From contig OX597814.1 in NCBI GenBank assembly GCA_951406725.2, positions 110,546,001 to 110,610,000 of the forward strand: a stretch of 64,000 nt of DNA, read 5' to 3'. Shown in pieces: positions 37,582-51,024 of the stretch (position 1 is its first letter; the number at the start of each line of letters is the position of its first letter). The DNA comes from Octopus vulgaris. Taxonomy: Eukaryota. A program made the position numbers and the translations under genes. The notes beneath the pieces were generated by a model. That model was given only the letters and a program-made list of their open reading frames with translations, did no database searches and was not told the origin of the DNA.

Positions 37582-37595
37582 GTTGCCATAGAAAC
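37582..37595. promoter_or_regulatory. RFX X-box motif GTTGCCATAGAAAC
   Basis: Matches the X-box consensus GTYNCYATRGNAAC and lies in the putative promoter. Confidence 0.55.
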
Positions 37596-37949
37596 AACTA
37601 ACTTTCCATGATAAGTCGCTTAAATTCGTATCGAATGTTATTTCAGTTAAACTTTATTGATATCCATATCTGTTGACTTACTTCACAGTTATTTTTAGCG
37701 CTCATATTTTAGCTTATTTCTCTAAAATGTTATGATTGGATGATATCAACCCAAACTCGGCTGTTAACGGGAATCAATTACCTTCACCATAATTTGCAGA
37801 GTTAAATGTCAAAATAAGACAAAGATAAACACTTTGACTCAGAGTCCAATTTTATTCCGAATTAATAAATATATTTTCATTTTTAATTAGTTTTTTAAAG
37901 CGGGGAGAAAATATATTAGGAAGTTTAATTGAATTAAAAAAAGAAATAC

Positions 37950-38020
37950 GCCATGTATTGTCGAATATCTTGCTGTAAAATGTAAACTTTATCCTAATGG
38001 TCCATCGCTGTGGCTGGCAG
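37950..38020 (+). other. UBE3B: Candidate first (5' UTR) exon of UBE3B
   Basis: Donor GGCAG|GTGTGT at 38020/38021. The coding exon at 44965 starts directly after a strong acceptor, so an upstream exon should exist. Start coordinate is a guess. Confidence 0.4.
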
Positions 38021-38226
38021 GTGTGTGTGGATTAATGTTATCAACATCGTGGGGTCAATTATTTGAGGCATTTACTGACTTCCTCTGTTAGTCTTACTTA
38101 AATTGCTCCCTTTTTTGCTTCCTGACTCTCTGTTTTTATCTCTCACCTGGACTGTACCCGATAAAAGCAAATGATGAAACGTAGACAAAAAGGTAAACGT
38201 TTCGCTTCGTCTCTTTTAAGTTTGTC

Positions 38227-38283
<57 letters not shown>

Positions 38284-38294
38284 TAGATAGTGTG

Positions 38295-38358
<64 letters not shown>

Positions 38359-41300
38359 TATATACACACACACACACACACTATATATATATATTTTGTG
38401 TGTATATATATATATATATATATAGATTGTGAGTGTGTATATATATATATATATATACATATTACACAAACCCACACATACATAATTACATACTCACACA
38501 CACACACTATATATATATATATATATATATCCCGTCCTGATTATTTTCAGCTGTGTATCTGTGTATTTTTAATTTAATATATATCATGCATAAGTTGAAT
38601 TATCTATTTCATAACATACATAATGGGTTTATTATTCAAAGTTGTTGCCAGAACAAAGAGGAAAAAAATTATGGAGCTACGTTAGTTATTAAAAAAAAAT
38701 GTTTGAAATATTTCTATCATTGAAGTATAGAAACAAACGAAGCCTTAGAAGAGAGGAAATCCTTTTTGCATTTTAAATATTTACAGCAAATTTTGTAAAA
38801 ATATGTATATTATGTAATATTTATTTATTAAATGATCATCGTAAACGATAGTAGCCGATTATTTCCTGATTAGTTATACATCCATGTATGTTTATTATAT
38901 ATACACAGGTCTGTAGTGTTTGCATAAGCGTATACTTTGATCGCCTTATTACTGAAATTGTCTTAATTATTATATCGTTCGTTAATTAAATGAAAAAAAA
39001 TTGTATTCTTCTTTATCGACCTTAAAAGTTTTCCTTTTTCCTCGTCTCATGCCTAGTTTCACTTCTTTGTATCACTGTTGTCCGATAACTAAATTGATAA
39101 TTCTGATTTGTGGAAGTAATTGGCAAATAGCAAGAATGTTTCGATGGAGTTTCGATGTTTCTAAATTACAAATTCATTAATTAGATTTGGCAATGGCCAG
39201 AAAAATCATTGACTCAATAAGAAATTAAGAAAAAAAAATCAACAGAGCTACATAAATGTTTAATCTTTATCAAATAGATTTATTCTTATCCTTATATTTG
39301 GTTATATCTAAACAATATTTTGTTATTAATTAGGAATATTAACTCACGATTATTCCACACTTAGTTTCGGCTTTTCTCATAAAAAAATTCCGAAGATATT
39401 CAGGTGGAAATTTTTATGTATATTATTAACAATATAGGAGAGGCATGAGCACCATCACTCCACATTTTCTTTACTAATTTATTTGTTCGTTCATGTGCAA
39501 GGAATCCTCTTTCTATAGTTTTTATTCATGAGTTTATTTGTTAATTAATTTCCTTGTGAAAACCCTGTTTTACTGATCTTCCACATGATTTAACCGAAAT
39601 GAAAACAATCACACTTGCTACTGAAGAGATATTCATATAACATGCTGTTAGGACGAACCACTTCCTTCTTTGCTAGTAAATAAATTCTATTAATAAACTC
39701 CGTATCTTACTATATTTCGTTGTTTTACCATTTTATATATCGTAGATGCAGTTACATAAGCGTATGTCTTTAAAGAACTATCTGGTAATAGAGAATTAAA
39801 TGATCTAACTTTGTATACAGCCATGCAACCATCATTTGGCACGCAATATGAAAACCATAATACAACGTGTCTCTTTCATGTTCTTTAGTCGAAAAAAGTA
39901 ATATTAAATTACTCTAATATCAAACTATTTTTAGTCTGTAATTCAAATTCAAAATAACTGGACTAAAACGAACAAAAACAAAAATATTATTTTCCATTTC
40001 ACTTGAGTAATTCTTGCGACAGACAAAAGGAAACGTGTTTATGTTTTTCGACATGGCATATTGATTTCGTTTTTGTTCTTTAATTTATGAATAAGCTTAA
40101 CCATACCATTGAAATGACTACCTAATACACTTGCTTGTTCCGGATAATGACTTAATCTTAAATCTTAGTCCTAGCACATCTAAAGTTTTGGTTCTTTGTC
40201 AATTTGCCAGGAATTTTCTTTCACTTTAGTTCTTCTATCCTTTGTTTTAACCAGTAAACATTAATCAGGTCTTCTTACACATTCACTCTCTTGATATTGA
40301 ACAAAGCCACTTATCAAATGGCACTGGTATTCCGTGCTCACTATTATTAATTTGGATTTCTATTTTTTTCTCTGTTTACCTTTAGTCGTTTGGCATTTAG
40401 CCTATTTTTCCGAATTCGTAATTACTCCTGCAGCTCTTCGACAAATTCAGTAAAACGATTCAACGATTCGGATGTTAGCACATGAAAATTCCCAAGTTCA
40501 TCCAGTTTTGTCCATTCTGTGTTCTTAAATTCATCCTGAGTTTATTGTTTCAAGAATTAAGATATGTGAACTGCTGAGGGGGAAACATTTAATCAAAAGT
40601 TATGGTAAATTCTCTAATCAATTATTGGAAGTGGACGGCAATGTCTTGGAATAAAAATCTTCAGGTTTGGAATAAGTTTAGTACTTTTCTTCTAAAGATA
40701 GATATTAATCTCTTGGCAGAGTTCTGGAATAGCTGTCTGTGGAACTTCATGGGAAAAGGGTTTCTTTGTATTTCATTTCTTAGTATTACTATGTTTAATA
40801 TATGAAGGCGCGTGGTCTAGTGGTTAGAGTGTTACACTCACATCATCCAATTGTAGTTTCGATTCGAAGACGGGTGATGCGTTGTGTTTTTAAGTAAAAC
40901 ATTTCACTTCATGTTACTCCAGTTCAGTCAGGGGTAAATGAGTTCCTGCAATAATTAGGAAGCTAACCCTGTGAACGACTGAATCAGTGTTGTAATCTCA
41001 ATCACAGAGCTAAGCTCTGGCTCACGACAAACCTAAGTCCAATGTGTAAATTACAATTCTGAAAATTGTTACTTTTTTATTCTGTTTTGTCAAAAATTTC
41101 AATTGTTTACGTTTTTGCCGCTCCCTTCCGTACCCCCTTCCCTTTCCCGTGGGGCATGAAACTTCGGGAGACAGTTACTCTAAAATTCTGACAATCTTTT
41201 ATTGAGTAGCCATGTATCATCTCCTGTACAGCAAGAAAACCTGTTCTGATCCCTTTCTTCATACGTTTAACTCCCATCATCGTCTTGCAACTACGCCCTT

Positions 41301-42904
41301 CTCTACTGTAGCCTTCGCTCAGTCAAAGGCAGTCCTGTGAGCTACATAACAACCTCACCAGTGCTTGTGCCACAAAAATGGTACTGTAAAGTTGATGTTA
41401 GGAAGGGCATCCAGCCATAAAAACCATGCCAAAACAGACGTTGGAACAAGATGCATAATTCACTGGATTCCATAAAATCGTCCAACCCAAGCTGGCATGG
41501 AAAATGGACATTAAATGATGATGGTGATCATCATCATCATCATAAAAGATTTAAAATGTGTATATCAGAAACATGTTACATGACAGTGAGAATTGAGTTA
41601 TAAAGGTGAAAGACTTTATAGCATTGGTTGGATAGGAATCGGTTGAGAATTTGAGTGTAGTGGAACATTAAAAGCACCATCCGAGCATGATTGTTGCCAG
41701 GGCTGTTGACTGGCTCCTGTGCTGGTGGCACGTAAAAAGCACCTTTCGAGTGTGATTGTTGCTAGTGTCACCTTACTGGCATGTGAAAAACAACATTCGA
41801 ACGTGGTCATTGCCATTGCTGCCAGACTGGCTCCCGTGCAGGTGGCACATAAAAAACACCTTTTGAGCATGGTCGATGCCAGTACCGCCTGACTGGCCCT
41901 CATGCCAGTGGCACATAAAAAGCGCCCACTACACTCTTGGAGTGGTTGGCATTAGGAAGGGCATTCAGCTGTAGAAACTTTGCCAGATCAGATTGGAGCC
42001 TAGTGCAGCCTCCTGGCTTGCCAGTCCTCAGTCAAACCATCCAACCCATGCCAGCATGGAAAGCAGATGTTAAACAATGATGATGATGATGGCCATGGAA
42101 GGAGTTAGTTTTAAGAAACATTCGAAAATGCTCGGGAAAAGTGACTAATGAAGATGGATGATGTTTGTTTGGTGGTGAAAAATGTCATGGATATCAACCA
42201 AAGCATTTTTTCATTTCTTAGATTTGATATATGTGAAGTAGGTTCAGTGAAGGGTAAACATCAAGGAAGAGATAGCAGTACAAAGTATGTAATTCACACC
42301 AATATATAAACAACCGTATGATTATTATATTTTATGTCATAGGATACACAGGGGATCTGTCTGGCTAAGGTTTAATATAAAAATACAAATGTGAACTATT
42401 TAAAAGAACTCCACTATCCTGCCACTTTTAATAATCAGCTCTTGTACAAAGAAACTTGGTTTTCTCATCAGGGCCAACAAATAGTTGTTGATATTTCATT
42501 AATTTGTCTTACAGTGGAATATTGTACTCATATGTGGGATCACAACACTATCTCTACTCACAAACTTTGATTATACAACATGAAAGCTAATTGGCTTGAT
42601 GTAAATTTATTCACTGAAATGCATAAGTGAGGCCCACTTATTGATCCCCAATGTCTATGAATTCTTTTCCTATTCATCTTCATCATCATTTAATGTCTGT
42701 CTTTCATGACTTTCTGGCATGGGCTGGATGGTTTAACAGGACTGCATCAAACCCTAGAGTCAGCTCTAGTATGGTTTCTGTATGTAACTGGATACCTTTT
42801 CTAATGCCTACCACTTTAGAGTATAGCAGGTACTTTTCCCTTGGCACCAGCAATAATGAGTTTGTTAACTTGCAAGACAAAAGATGGAGGTATTGTACGG
42901 AGAG

Positions 42905-43136
42905 AAGGTGGCGAGCTGGCAGAACCGTTAGCTCGCCGGGCAAAATGCCTAGCAGTATTTTGTCTGCCGCTATGTTCTGAGTTCAAATTCCGCCGAGGTT
43001 GACTTTGCCTTTCATCCTTTCAGGGTCGATAAATAAAGTACCAGTTACGCACTGGGGTCAATGTAATCGACTTAATCCGTTTGTCTGTCCTTGTTTGTCC
43101 TCTCTATGTTTAGCCCCTTGTGGGTAATAAAGAAAC
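42905..43136 (+). mobile_element. Full-length tRNA-derived SINE (OK-like)
   Basis: Head GGTGGCGAGCTGGCAGAA..GAGTTCAAATTCC, central GACTTTGCCTTTCATCCTTTC.GGGTCGATAAA, tail GCCCCTTGTGGGTAATAAAG. TSD-like AGGTATTGTA on both sides. Confidence 0.85.
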
Positions 43137-43552
43137 AGGTATTGTAGAGAGAGCTGGCTTTAAATTTGGTGTTGAGCGGTTGAAGTATGATAAAAGGACA
43201 GGAACAGTTCAAACTAGATAAGTTTTAAAAAACTCTCCAAATTCACCAACTTCCACATCTCTGCTGTCCCCTATCTGTATATATACTAAAGGCTGCTTCA
43301 TTAAGGGACTTCCTTCTCTCCCAAAACATTAGTCTTCAAGTTTTCAAAGCTATTTCACCCATACCTTCACTTCATTAGCTCTGAACATTGTAAGATAAAG
43401 ATCACATCCTATTTGATTAACTTCTGAAACATCGAACATTGTTAGTAAGCTATCATTGTATTATGCCAGATCTGTGTAAGCAACAGTCATAATCATCTGC
43501 ACCAGTGTTCATACATACCACTAATAACACATACCAGTGTTAATACATACTA

Positions 43553-44175
43553 GTATATTCTTTACTCTAGGCACAAGGCCTGAAATTTTTGGGGAAGGTG
43601 CCAGTCGATTAGATCGACTCCAGTATGCAACTGGTACTTAATTTATTGACCCCGAAAGGATGAAAGGCAAAGTCAACCTCGGCAGAATTTGAACTCAGAA
43701 TGTATAGACAGACGAAATACCTATTTCTTTACTACCCACAAGGGGCTAAACACAGAGGGGACAAACAAGGACAGACAAACGGATTAAGTCGATTATATCG
43801 ACCCCAGTGCGTAACTGGTACTTAATTTATTGACCTTGAAAGGATGAAAAGCAAAGTGGACCTCGGCGGAATTTGAACTCAGAACATAAAGACGGACGAA
43901 ATACCGCTAAGCATCTCTCCCGCCGTGCTAACGTTTCTGCCAGCTCACTGCCTTTTATATACTAGTATATTGCTGGGTGAAATGCTTAGCGGTATTTCAT
44001 CTGTCTTTACGTTGAGTTCAAATTCCGCCGAAGTCGACTTTGCCTTTCATCCTTTCAAGGTTGATAAATTAAGTACCAGTTACGCACTGGGGTGATGTAA
44101 TCAACTTAATCCCTTTGTCTGTTCTTGTTTGTCCCCTCTATGTTTAATCACCCACTGTGGGCAATAAAGAAATAA
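43553..44175. mobile_element. Cluster of OK-like SINEs in head-to-head (inverted) arrangement
   Basis: Two minus-strand copies (43553-43955) then a plus-strand copy (43970-44175). Confidence 0.8.
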
Positions 44176-44964
44176 ATATTTACTAGTATTACCATCACAT
44201 CATTTAAACCCTGCACTCCCTACAGAGCATAGGCCATCAGTGACCCTTCTCCACTCGGGCTTGTCTTTCTTCCAGATCTTGTTCATTTTGAATTGTCATT
44301 GTTTGCTTGTGTAACTTTGATTTTTTTTCTAGGTAGGGGTGTTGGCCTTATAAAAAACCATTTTTACCTGTAGGCAGAGGTGATCCATTTTAGTCTGGTC
44401 TTTACCTTTCACCTGTCTATCAGGATCTTGCACTCCACTGCTATAAACCCCATAGTGATTGGGGTAAACAACCCACCACCCTGCAACAAGGACTGGACCT
44501 TACAGTGGCAGTATTATGATGTACCAGCATTACTACATTCTAGTATTAACATGTACCAGTATTAATATGTGCTAGTGTTTATATATGGGAACGTGCATAG
44601 CTTAGTGGTTAGGGTGTTGGACTCGTTATCATAAGATTGTGGTTTCAATTCCTGGACCAGGCAGTGTATTGTGTTTTTGAGCAAAAATGTCATTTCATGT
44701 TACTCCAATCCATAGAGCAACATGAAATGAAAAAATGAGTAATCCTGAGATGGACTGGCATCCTGTCCAGTGGGAATATACACACCACGGAAATCAGGAA
44801 ATTGGCCTTGTAAGTCTGTATGACTTGGGAAGGATCTTATTATTTATAGTGTTTATATATGCCAGTCTTCATGTTGATTGATGTGAAATTTAAACTATAT
44901 TTTTTCTGTCTTGTTTGTTTCTTTCTTTTGTCTGTCGTCATTTTAATGATTTCTTACCTTGCAG

Positions 44965-45078
44965 ATGTTCAACTCAATTGATCATACCAAGAAAAATCAA
45001 TTTTTAGAACAAACCAAGGCTGCCAGAGAAGAACGCGCTTTTGAGCGAAGGAGAGACAATGCTGCCATTAAAATTCAA
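44965..45078 (+). CDS. UBE3B: UBE3B-like HECT E3 ligase, coding exon 1 (MFNSIDHTKKNQFLEQTKAAREERAFERRRDNAAIKIQ)
   Basis: Acceptor ttgcag|ATG, donor CAA|gtaaat, phase 0. AREER..ER...AA..IQ matches the UBE3B N-terminus and start of the IQ motif. Confidence 0.93.
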
Positions 45079-45084
45079 GTAAAT

Positions 45085-45125
45085 ATCTATATATCTGTAT
45101 ATCTATCTGTCTGTCTGTCTGTATT

Positions 45126-45208
<83 letters not shown>

Positions 45209-45254
45209 GTCTATCTATCTATCTATCTATCTACACACACACACACACACACAC
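45085..45254. repeat. (TCTA)n/(TCTG)n then (CA)n microsatellite directly after the exon-1 donor
   Basis: Directly visible. Confidence 0.95.
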
Positions 45255-47362
45255 AATTAATGTACAAACATCAAAAACTATATTTACAGTAATCAAAAGC
45301 TTAATTGATAACTCATTTTGTGAAGGAATTTGGTTGAGAGGAAACTGCTGGAAGTCCATTGTATATGTGTGTGTTTATTAATTGCTAGCAAGCACATAGT
45401 GTTTTGCTTTGCAACCACAATATACTACAAAATATATTAAAGGTTTATAAGTCACTATTGTGCCTTACTTTTGTGTTAGAGTGCAATGTCCTCATTTTTA
45501 AGTTTATTTCTAACGAAAGCATCATCCAAATGTGGCTGATGCCAGTGTTGCCTTGACTGGCTTCCATGCTGGTGGCACTTCAAAAGCACCATCTGATTGT
45601 GGCCAATGCCAGCTCCACTGGCCCCTTGTGCTGGTGGCACATAAAAACCATCCACTACACTCTCGGAGTGACTGGCGTTAGGAAGGGCATCCAGCTGTAG
45701 AAACACTGCCAGATCAGTTTGGCGTCTGGTGCAGCCTCCTGGCTTCCCAGACTCCAGTCAAACCATCCAACCCATGCCAGCATGGAAAATGGAGGTTAAA
45801 CAACAATGATGATGATGATGATTTTTTATAGAATTCAGAGCCGGCACTGAAAGTCATGATATTTCACACACAAATACATTTATATAAAAAATGCAATCCA
45901 AGATAGAAAAAAACAGGTAATGAGTGTATATGCATATTTCAAGTGTGATTGTTCTTTCATCAGTAGCAATAGTTGATGGGTTGGATGTGTTGCTGATGAA
46001 AGAGCAATAACTCTTGAAATATGCATATACACCCATTATATATTTTTTATATCTTTGATCGCATTGTTTACATAAAAATGTGTGTGTGGGTGTGAGTGCA
46101 TTGCTGTCTCCTTATTTTGACTTCTTGTGATACCTGCAAACAAGTCTCACCATTATACAAACAGTGTCATTCATTTCTAATCTTAAAGCAAAACATGTCT
46201 GGTCATGGGGAAATATTACCTTACTTGGGAGAAGGTAAGGATTGGCAACAAGAAGGGTATCTAGCTGTAGAAAATCTGCCTCAACGAATTCCACCTGACC
46301 CATGTGAGCATGAAAAAGTGGATATTAAATATACATTACATTTTCATAAACATAATTACATTTTCCCCATTTGTTTAATAAATATTTCTTTAGTATGACC
46401 TTATTAGTTCACACTTAATTCAGTGAAACATTATTAGGTTGCTCTTAATTGAATGTGGCCTTCAAATATATAATGGTTCCATTCACCCTGCCTCTGCTAC
46501 ACCATCCAAGTAAAACAGTATCCTCAAAATAAACAAATATATAAATTTAAATTCTGACTTTGTCTAACAATGGTTGTAATTCTAGAGTAATTTCTTAATT
46601 TAGCTTCGTTTTTTTTCCTTTCTTTTCTTTTAACAACTGTTTCAGCAAATTCAAACCATTTAAAGAACTAGTTTGTTGCTAAGTCAAAGAGTTACTAACT
46701 TTTCTATTTAAACCATGAAGTGACTAACATATATTAGATTCGTGCAGTTACTAATCAACAACATCATTTATGTTTAATGTCCTTTTTCCATGCTGGCATG
46801 GGTTGGATGATTTGACAGGAGCTGGCAAGCCAGAGAGCTGCACCAGGCTCCATCATCTGCTTTGATAATGCTTCTACATTTGGCTGTCCTTCTTAATGCC
46901 AACCACTTTACAAAGTGTGCTGGGTGCATTTTATGTGACACCAGCATCAAATGTCTTTCATTATAACCCCAGGTTGATGAAAGCCTTGTGAATGGATTTG
47001 GTAGACAGAAACTAAAAGAAATCCATTGTGTGTGTATGTGTGTCCCCTCTTGACTTGACATCACATAATTATTGTGAATGAATGTCCTTAATTTCCAATA
47101 TTCTGTGAAACATGTCTGGCCATAGGGAGATATTGTCTTGCTTGGAAAGACAAGATGGGCATCCAGCTGTAGGTAATAACTTCTTTAATAAATTCTATCC
47201 AACCCATGCAGACATGGGAAAGTGAATGTTAAAATGATGATGATGATGTAGTACCATATGTAATATCATGATTCAATGTTTGTTAACATTTCTTATTGTT
47301 TAAATGAACATGAATTAAATTGATTTTGTTGTGTTTAAATGAAATTATTTCTCCATTTCCAG

Positions 47363-47412
47363 TCTTTGGTTAGAGGTCATGTTTGCCGGGTCAAACTACA
47401 AACACAAGTTCG
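47363..47412 (+). CDS. UBE3B: UBE3B coding exon 2 (SLVRGHVCRVKLQTQVR)
   Basis: ttccag| ... CG|gtaagt; phase 0 to 2; completes the IQ motif. Confidence 0.92.
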
Positions 47413-48164
47413 GTAAGTTGAAATGTCCTTAATTCTTGAATTATGCAATAAAGTTAGTCTTCGTTTCTTTAATGGTTCTGGTCAGTAAATCATTTATGCT
47501 AATACACAATATTATTTATGGCTGCACGTGAAGATGAAAATGATCTCATTAACAATTATGTATGCTTCCATATTTTTTATTACTCAGAACAGTTGTGTCT
47601 ACACAAATACAACAATTATTTGAATAGAACAGCATCCATGAAATGGTTATTGTGACAATTAATAGTTTTCATTGCTTAAGATATTTTACTTTTTTATATG
47701 GAAATTGTTCATAGTAGGAAGGGCATCCGGCCGTAGAAACCGTGTCAAATCTGACAGTAGAACTCAACACAGCCTTGCTGCTTGCCAGATCCTGTCAAAC
47801 CGTCCAACCATCCAACCCATGTCAGCATAGAAAATAAACGTTCAATGATGATAATGATGAGAATAAGTAGAAAGGAACACTTTATCACAAAACTGACTAG
47901 TAGAGTTCTAAGTAGCACTTAAAGGTGTTCTGCTCAGGAATTCAGTCTCCCAGCTTTTATAATATTCTGTCAAAACTTCTAGAACTTTCAGCAGAACTAT
48001 TTGGTTGGAAAATTCATGAAATTTACACAAATTTGCAATCATGGAAAAGTGAATGTTAAAACAATGATTATGAATATATTTATTTGTGTTTCACATGATA
48101 ATGTTTGTATGTTTTACCCAGCATCACTCCATTGTATTTATTGTTGTTGGTATTTTATTTACAG

Positions 48165-48235
48165 GCAGGAGTTGGATTTACTTCTTCAAATACCCCAGAC
48201 TATGGATATTGAATATAATCCAAAACAACGACCAG
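48165..48235 (+). CDS. UBE3B: UBE3B coding exon 3 (QELDLLLQIPQTMDIEYNPKQRP)
   Basis: ttacag| ... G|gtgagt; phase 2 to 1. Confidence 0.88.
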
Positions 48236-48846
48236 GTGAGTTAAATGTATGAGTTTTTAATAATTTATATTTTGGTATGCCAAAGTATATATTTCCTTCA
48301 CAGCATCCAACAGAGTTTATCTAAAAATATCTGCTTCCTAAGAAGACATTTGATCCAGAAAACAGGAAATGAATTCCAATCTTGTTTTTAATTTTAAAAC
48401 TTTCACTTTTTGTTATCTATAAAAAGAGCATTTCAAGTCTCAAATAATTTCAAAACAGCTGCCCTAGTCTGTTGTTCCTTCCCCATCCTTTTCCCTTTTT
48501 TTCAATCACAATGTTAATATTAGCCCTTTGGCATTTAAGCCAGTCCTATCCAGTCCAAATATTCTACCTGTTTTATGCTCAAACTGGTCAGGTCTGGCCT
48601 CTCACAAATACACTACAATTCATTCTACCAATAAACTATTACATCTTTGAAATCTCAAGGCTACAAGATAATGCATGATTAATTCAAAACAATGTAAATA
48701 AATAAATATTACATTTGACAGAGTAATCTGAATGCTAAACAGTATATCATATGAAGACATGAACATTAATGATCTCCAGTTGTTTTCTTGATTAAATATC
48801 ATAGGTTTAATGTCTTAATTATTTATTTTTGTGTTTCTCATTTCAG

Positions 48847-48911
48847 TGCTGGAACTTTTCTCTGCCTTAAAGAAGTTTCTGTTTGTCTTTAATATCAAAG
48901 AAGACAAAAGG
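48847..48911 (+). CDS. UBE3B: UBE3B coding exon 4 (VLELFSALKKFLFVFNIKEDKR)
   Basis: tttcag| ... AGG|gtaatt; phase 1 to 0; resembles vertebrate LLFLFRIKED. Confidence 0.9.
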
Positions 48912-49743
48912 GTAATTATTCCACTAAATATTGGGATTTCTCTTTAACCAATTATATTAAACAATTTCCTTTGATTTGGTCAGGAAAATTAGTCTTGCCC
49001 CAGGTCAGCCCTCAATGATCTCAGGTATAATGTATCCAGAGAAAGATTATTCAATGTGTCTGGACCTGTCAATGGCCCTCTTACAACTCTCTTAATGTTT
49101 AGTTTTCCTTCTTTTTGTGTTTTACACTCTGTACTCTACATGTACTTCTTAGCTTTCATTGATGTCTTTCTCTACTTGATTTGTATATCTGCTTTCCATT
49201 CTTTCTTTTAACCTTTTCTAATAAATTGCAGTGCACCTGAGCACTGTATACAATTAGTCCATCATCATCATCATCATTATTATTATTATTATTATTATGC
49301 CTGACTGGCCCTCGTGCTGAGGGGCACGTAAAAAGCACCCACTACACTCTCGGAGTGGTTGGCGTTAGGAAGGGCATCCAGCTGTAGAAACTTTGCCAGA
49401 TCAGATTGGAGCCTGGAGCAGCCATCTGGTTTGCCAGTCCTCAGTCAAATCGTCCAACCCATGCTAGCATGGAAAGCAGACGTTAAACGATGATGATGAT
49501 GATGATTCTTATTATTAAAGGTGGTGAGCTGGCAGAATCATCAGCATGCTGGGCTAAATACTTGGCAGCATTTTGTCCATTTTTATGTTCCAAGTTCAAA
49601 TTCTGCTGACATTGACTTTGCCTTTCATCCTTTTGGGGTTGATAAATTAAGTACCAATTGAACACTGGGGTCAATGTAATCAATTTACCTGCTCCCCTGA
49701 AATTGCTGGCCTTGTGCCAAAATTATTATTATTATTATTATTA

Positions 49744-49793
<50 letters not shown>

Positions 49794-49976
49794 GTGGCAC
49801 GTAAAAAGCACCCACTACACTCACGGAGTGGTTGGCGTTAGGAAGGGCATCCAGCCGTAGAAACACTGCCAGATTTGACTGGGCCTGATGAAGCCTTCTG
49901 GCTTCACAGACCCCAGTAGAACCGTCCAACCCATGCTAGCATGGAAAACGGACGCTAAATGACGATGATGATGATG

Positions 49977-50014
<38 letters not shown>

Positions 50015-50284
50015 TACTACTACTACTACTACTATTATTATTGAGTGAGAGAATAGCACATTCCATCAAAGTGATTCTTGGGTACAAACATTCAAAGCTC
50101 AATATACCCATCATGATTACCTGTCTGATAAGGGTACACCAGGCATATGCATCACAACCATACGTACACAATATAGTGACTTCATATCAAGATAGACAGC
50201 ACATGACTTGCGGGTGGTACCTCTTAGAATTTTTATGAGGTCAAGTAGCCCATCCTGCTCATAAGGCTTGTTTAAGGATTATTA

Positions 50285-50334
<50 letters not shown>

Positions 50335-50967
50335 GTAACAAGCTGGCAAAATCATTAGTGTGCCTGATGAAATGCTTAGTGACATTTTTTCCAGTTCTTC
50401 ACGTTCTGAGTTCAAATGCTGCTGAAGTCAGCTTGGTCTTTTATCCTATCAGGGTTGATAAAATAAGTACCAGTTGAGCATTGGAGTTAATGTAATTGAC
50501 TAACCTTCTCCCCCCAAATTTTTGGCCTTGTGCCTGTAGTAAAAAGTATTATCATTATTATTTTAAGGTAGTAGGATGTGATTTGAGAGAGATTTGGCTG
50601 TTATCTCTTGCATGTTGATCAACTCTGTATAAATTCCATTGATGGCTCAGGACAGTTTCTGTGTAAGATTCTGATGGTGTTATAGAATCCTCCTGGACCA
50701 TAACTAGAGGTACAATCTAATAATTTTAATTAAACTAATGGAATTACTCTGTTCCAAATTGTTGAACAAGGACTCTTGCCTAATGTGTTGTGAAGTGGAA
50801 CCAAGCCCTGGATTGTGCAGTTGTAACAGAAACTTCTTAACCTCACATCCATGCCTACTTCAGTTTAAATCAATTGATTTTAATTCGAACCTTTTTTTTT
50901 TGCTTATTTTTCTCTTGTTGATATTCAAAAATATCTTTCATTTTTTTCTGTTGTTGTTGTTTTGCAG

Positions 50968-51024
50968 AGGTATGAGTATGTATGCCGTTACCTTCTTGTC
51001 AGTGTACAGTCTGAGAACACAAAA
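50968..51024 (+). CDS. UBE3B: UBE3B coding exon 5 (RYEYVCRYLLVSVQSENTK)
   Basis: ttgcag| ... AAA|gtaagt; phase 0 to 0. Confidence 0.9.

Larger units (their letters stand above)
37370..38020. promoter_or_regulatory. Probable promoter of UBE3B, possibly bidirectional
   Basis: 36.6-40.5 kb is nearly free of SINEs/LINEs and visibly richer in CpG than its flanks. X-box at 37582, TTACGTAA at 37499, YY1-like CGCCATGT at 37949. Outward-facing donor sites at 38021 (+) and 37370 (-). Confidence 0.55.
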
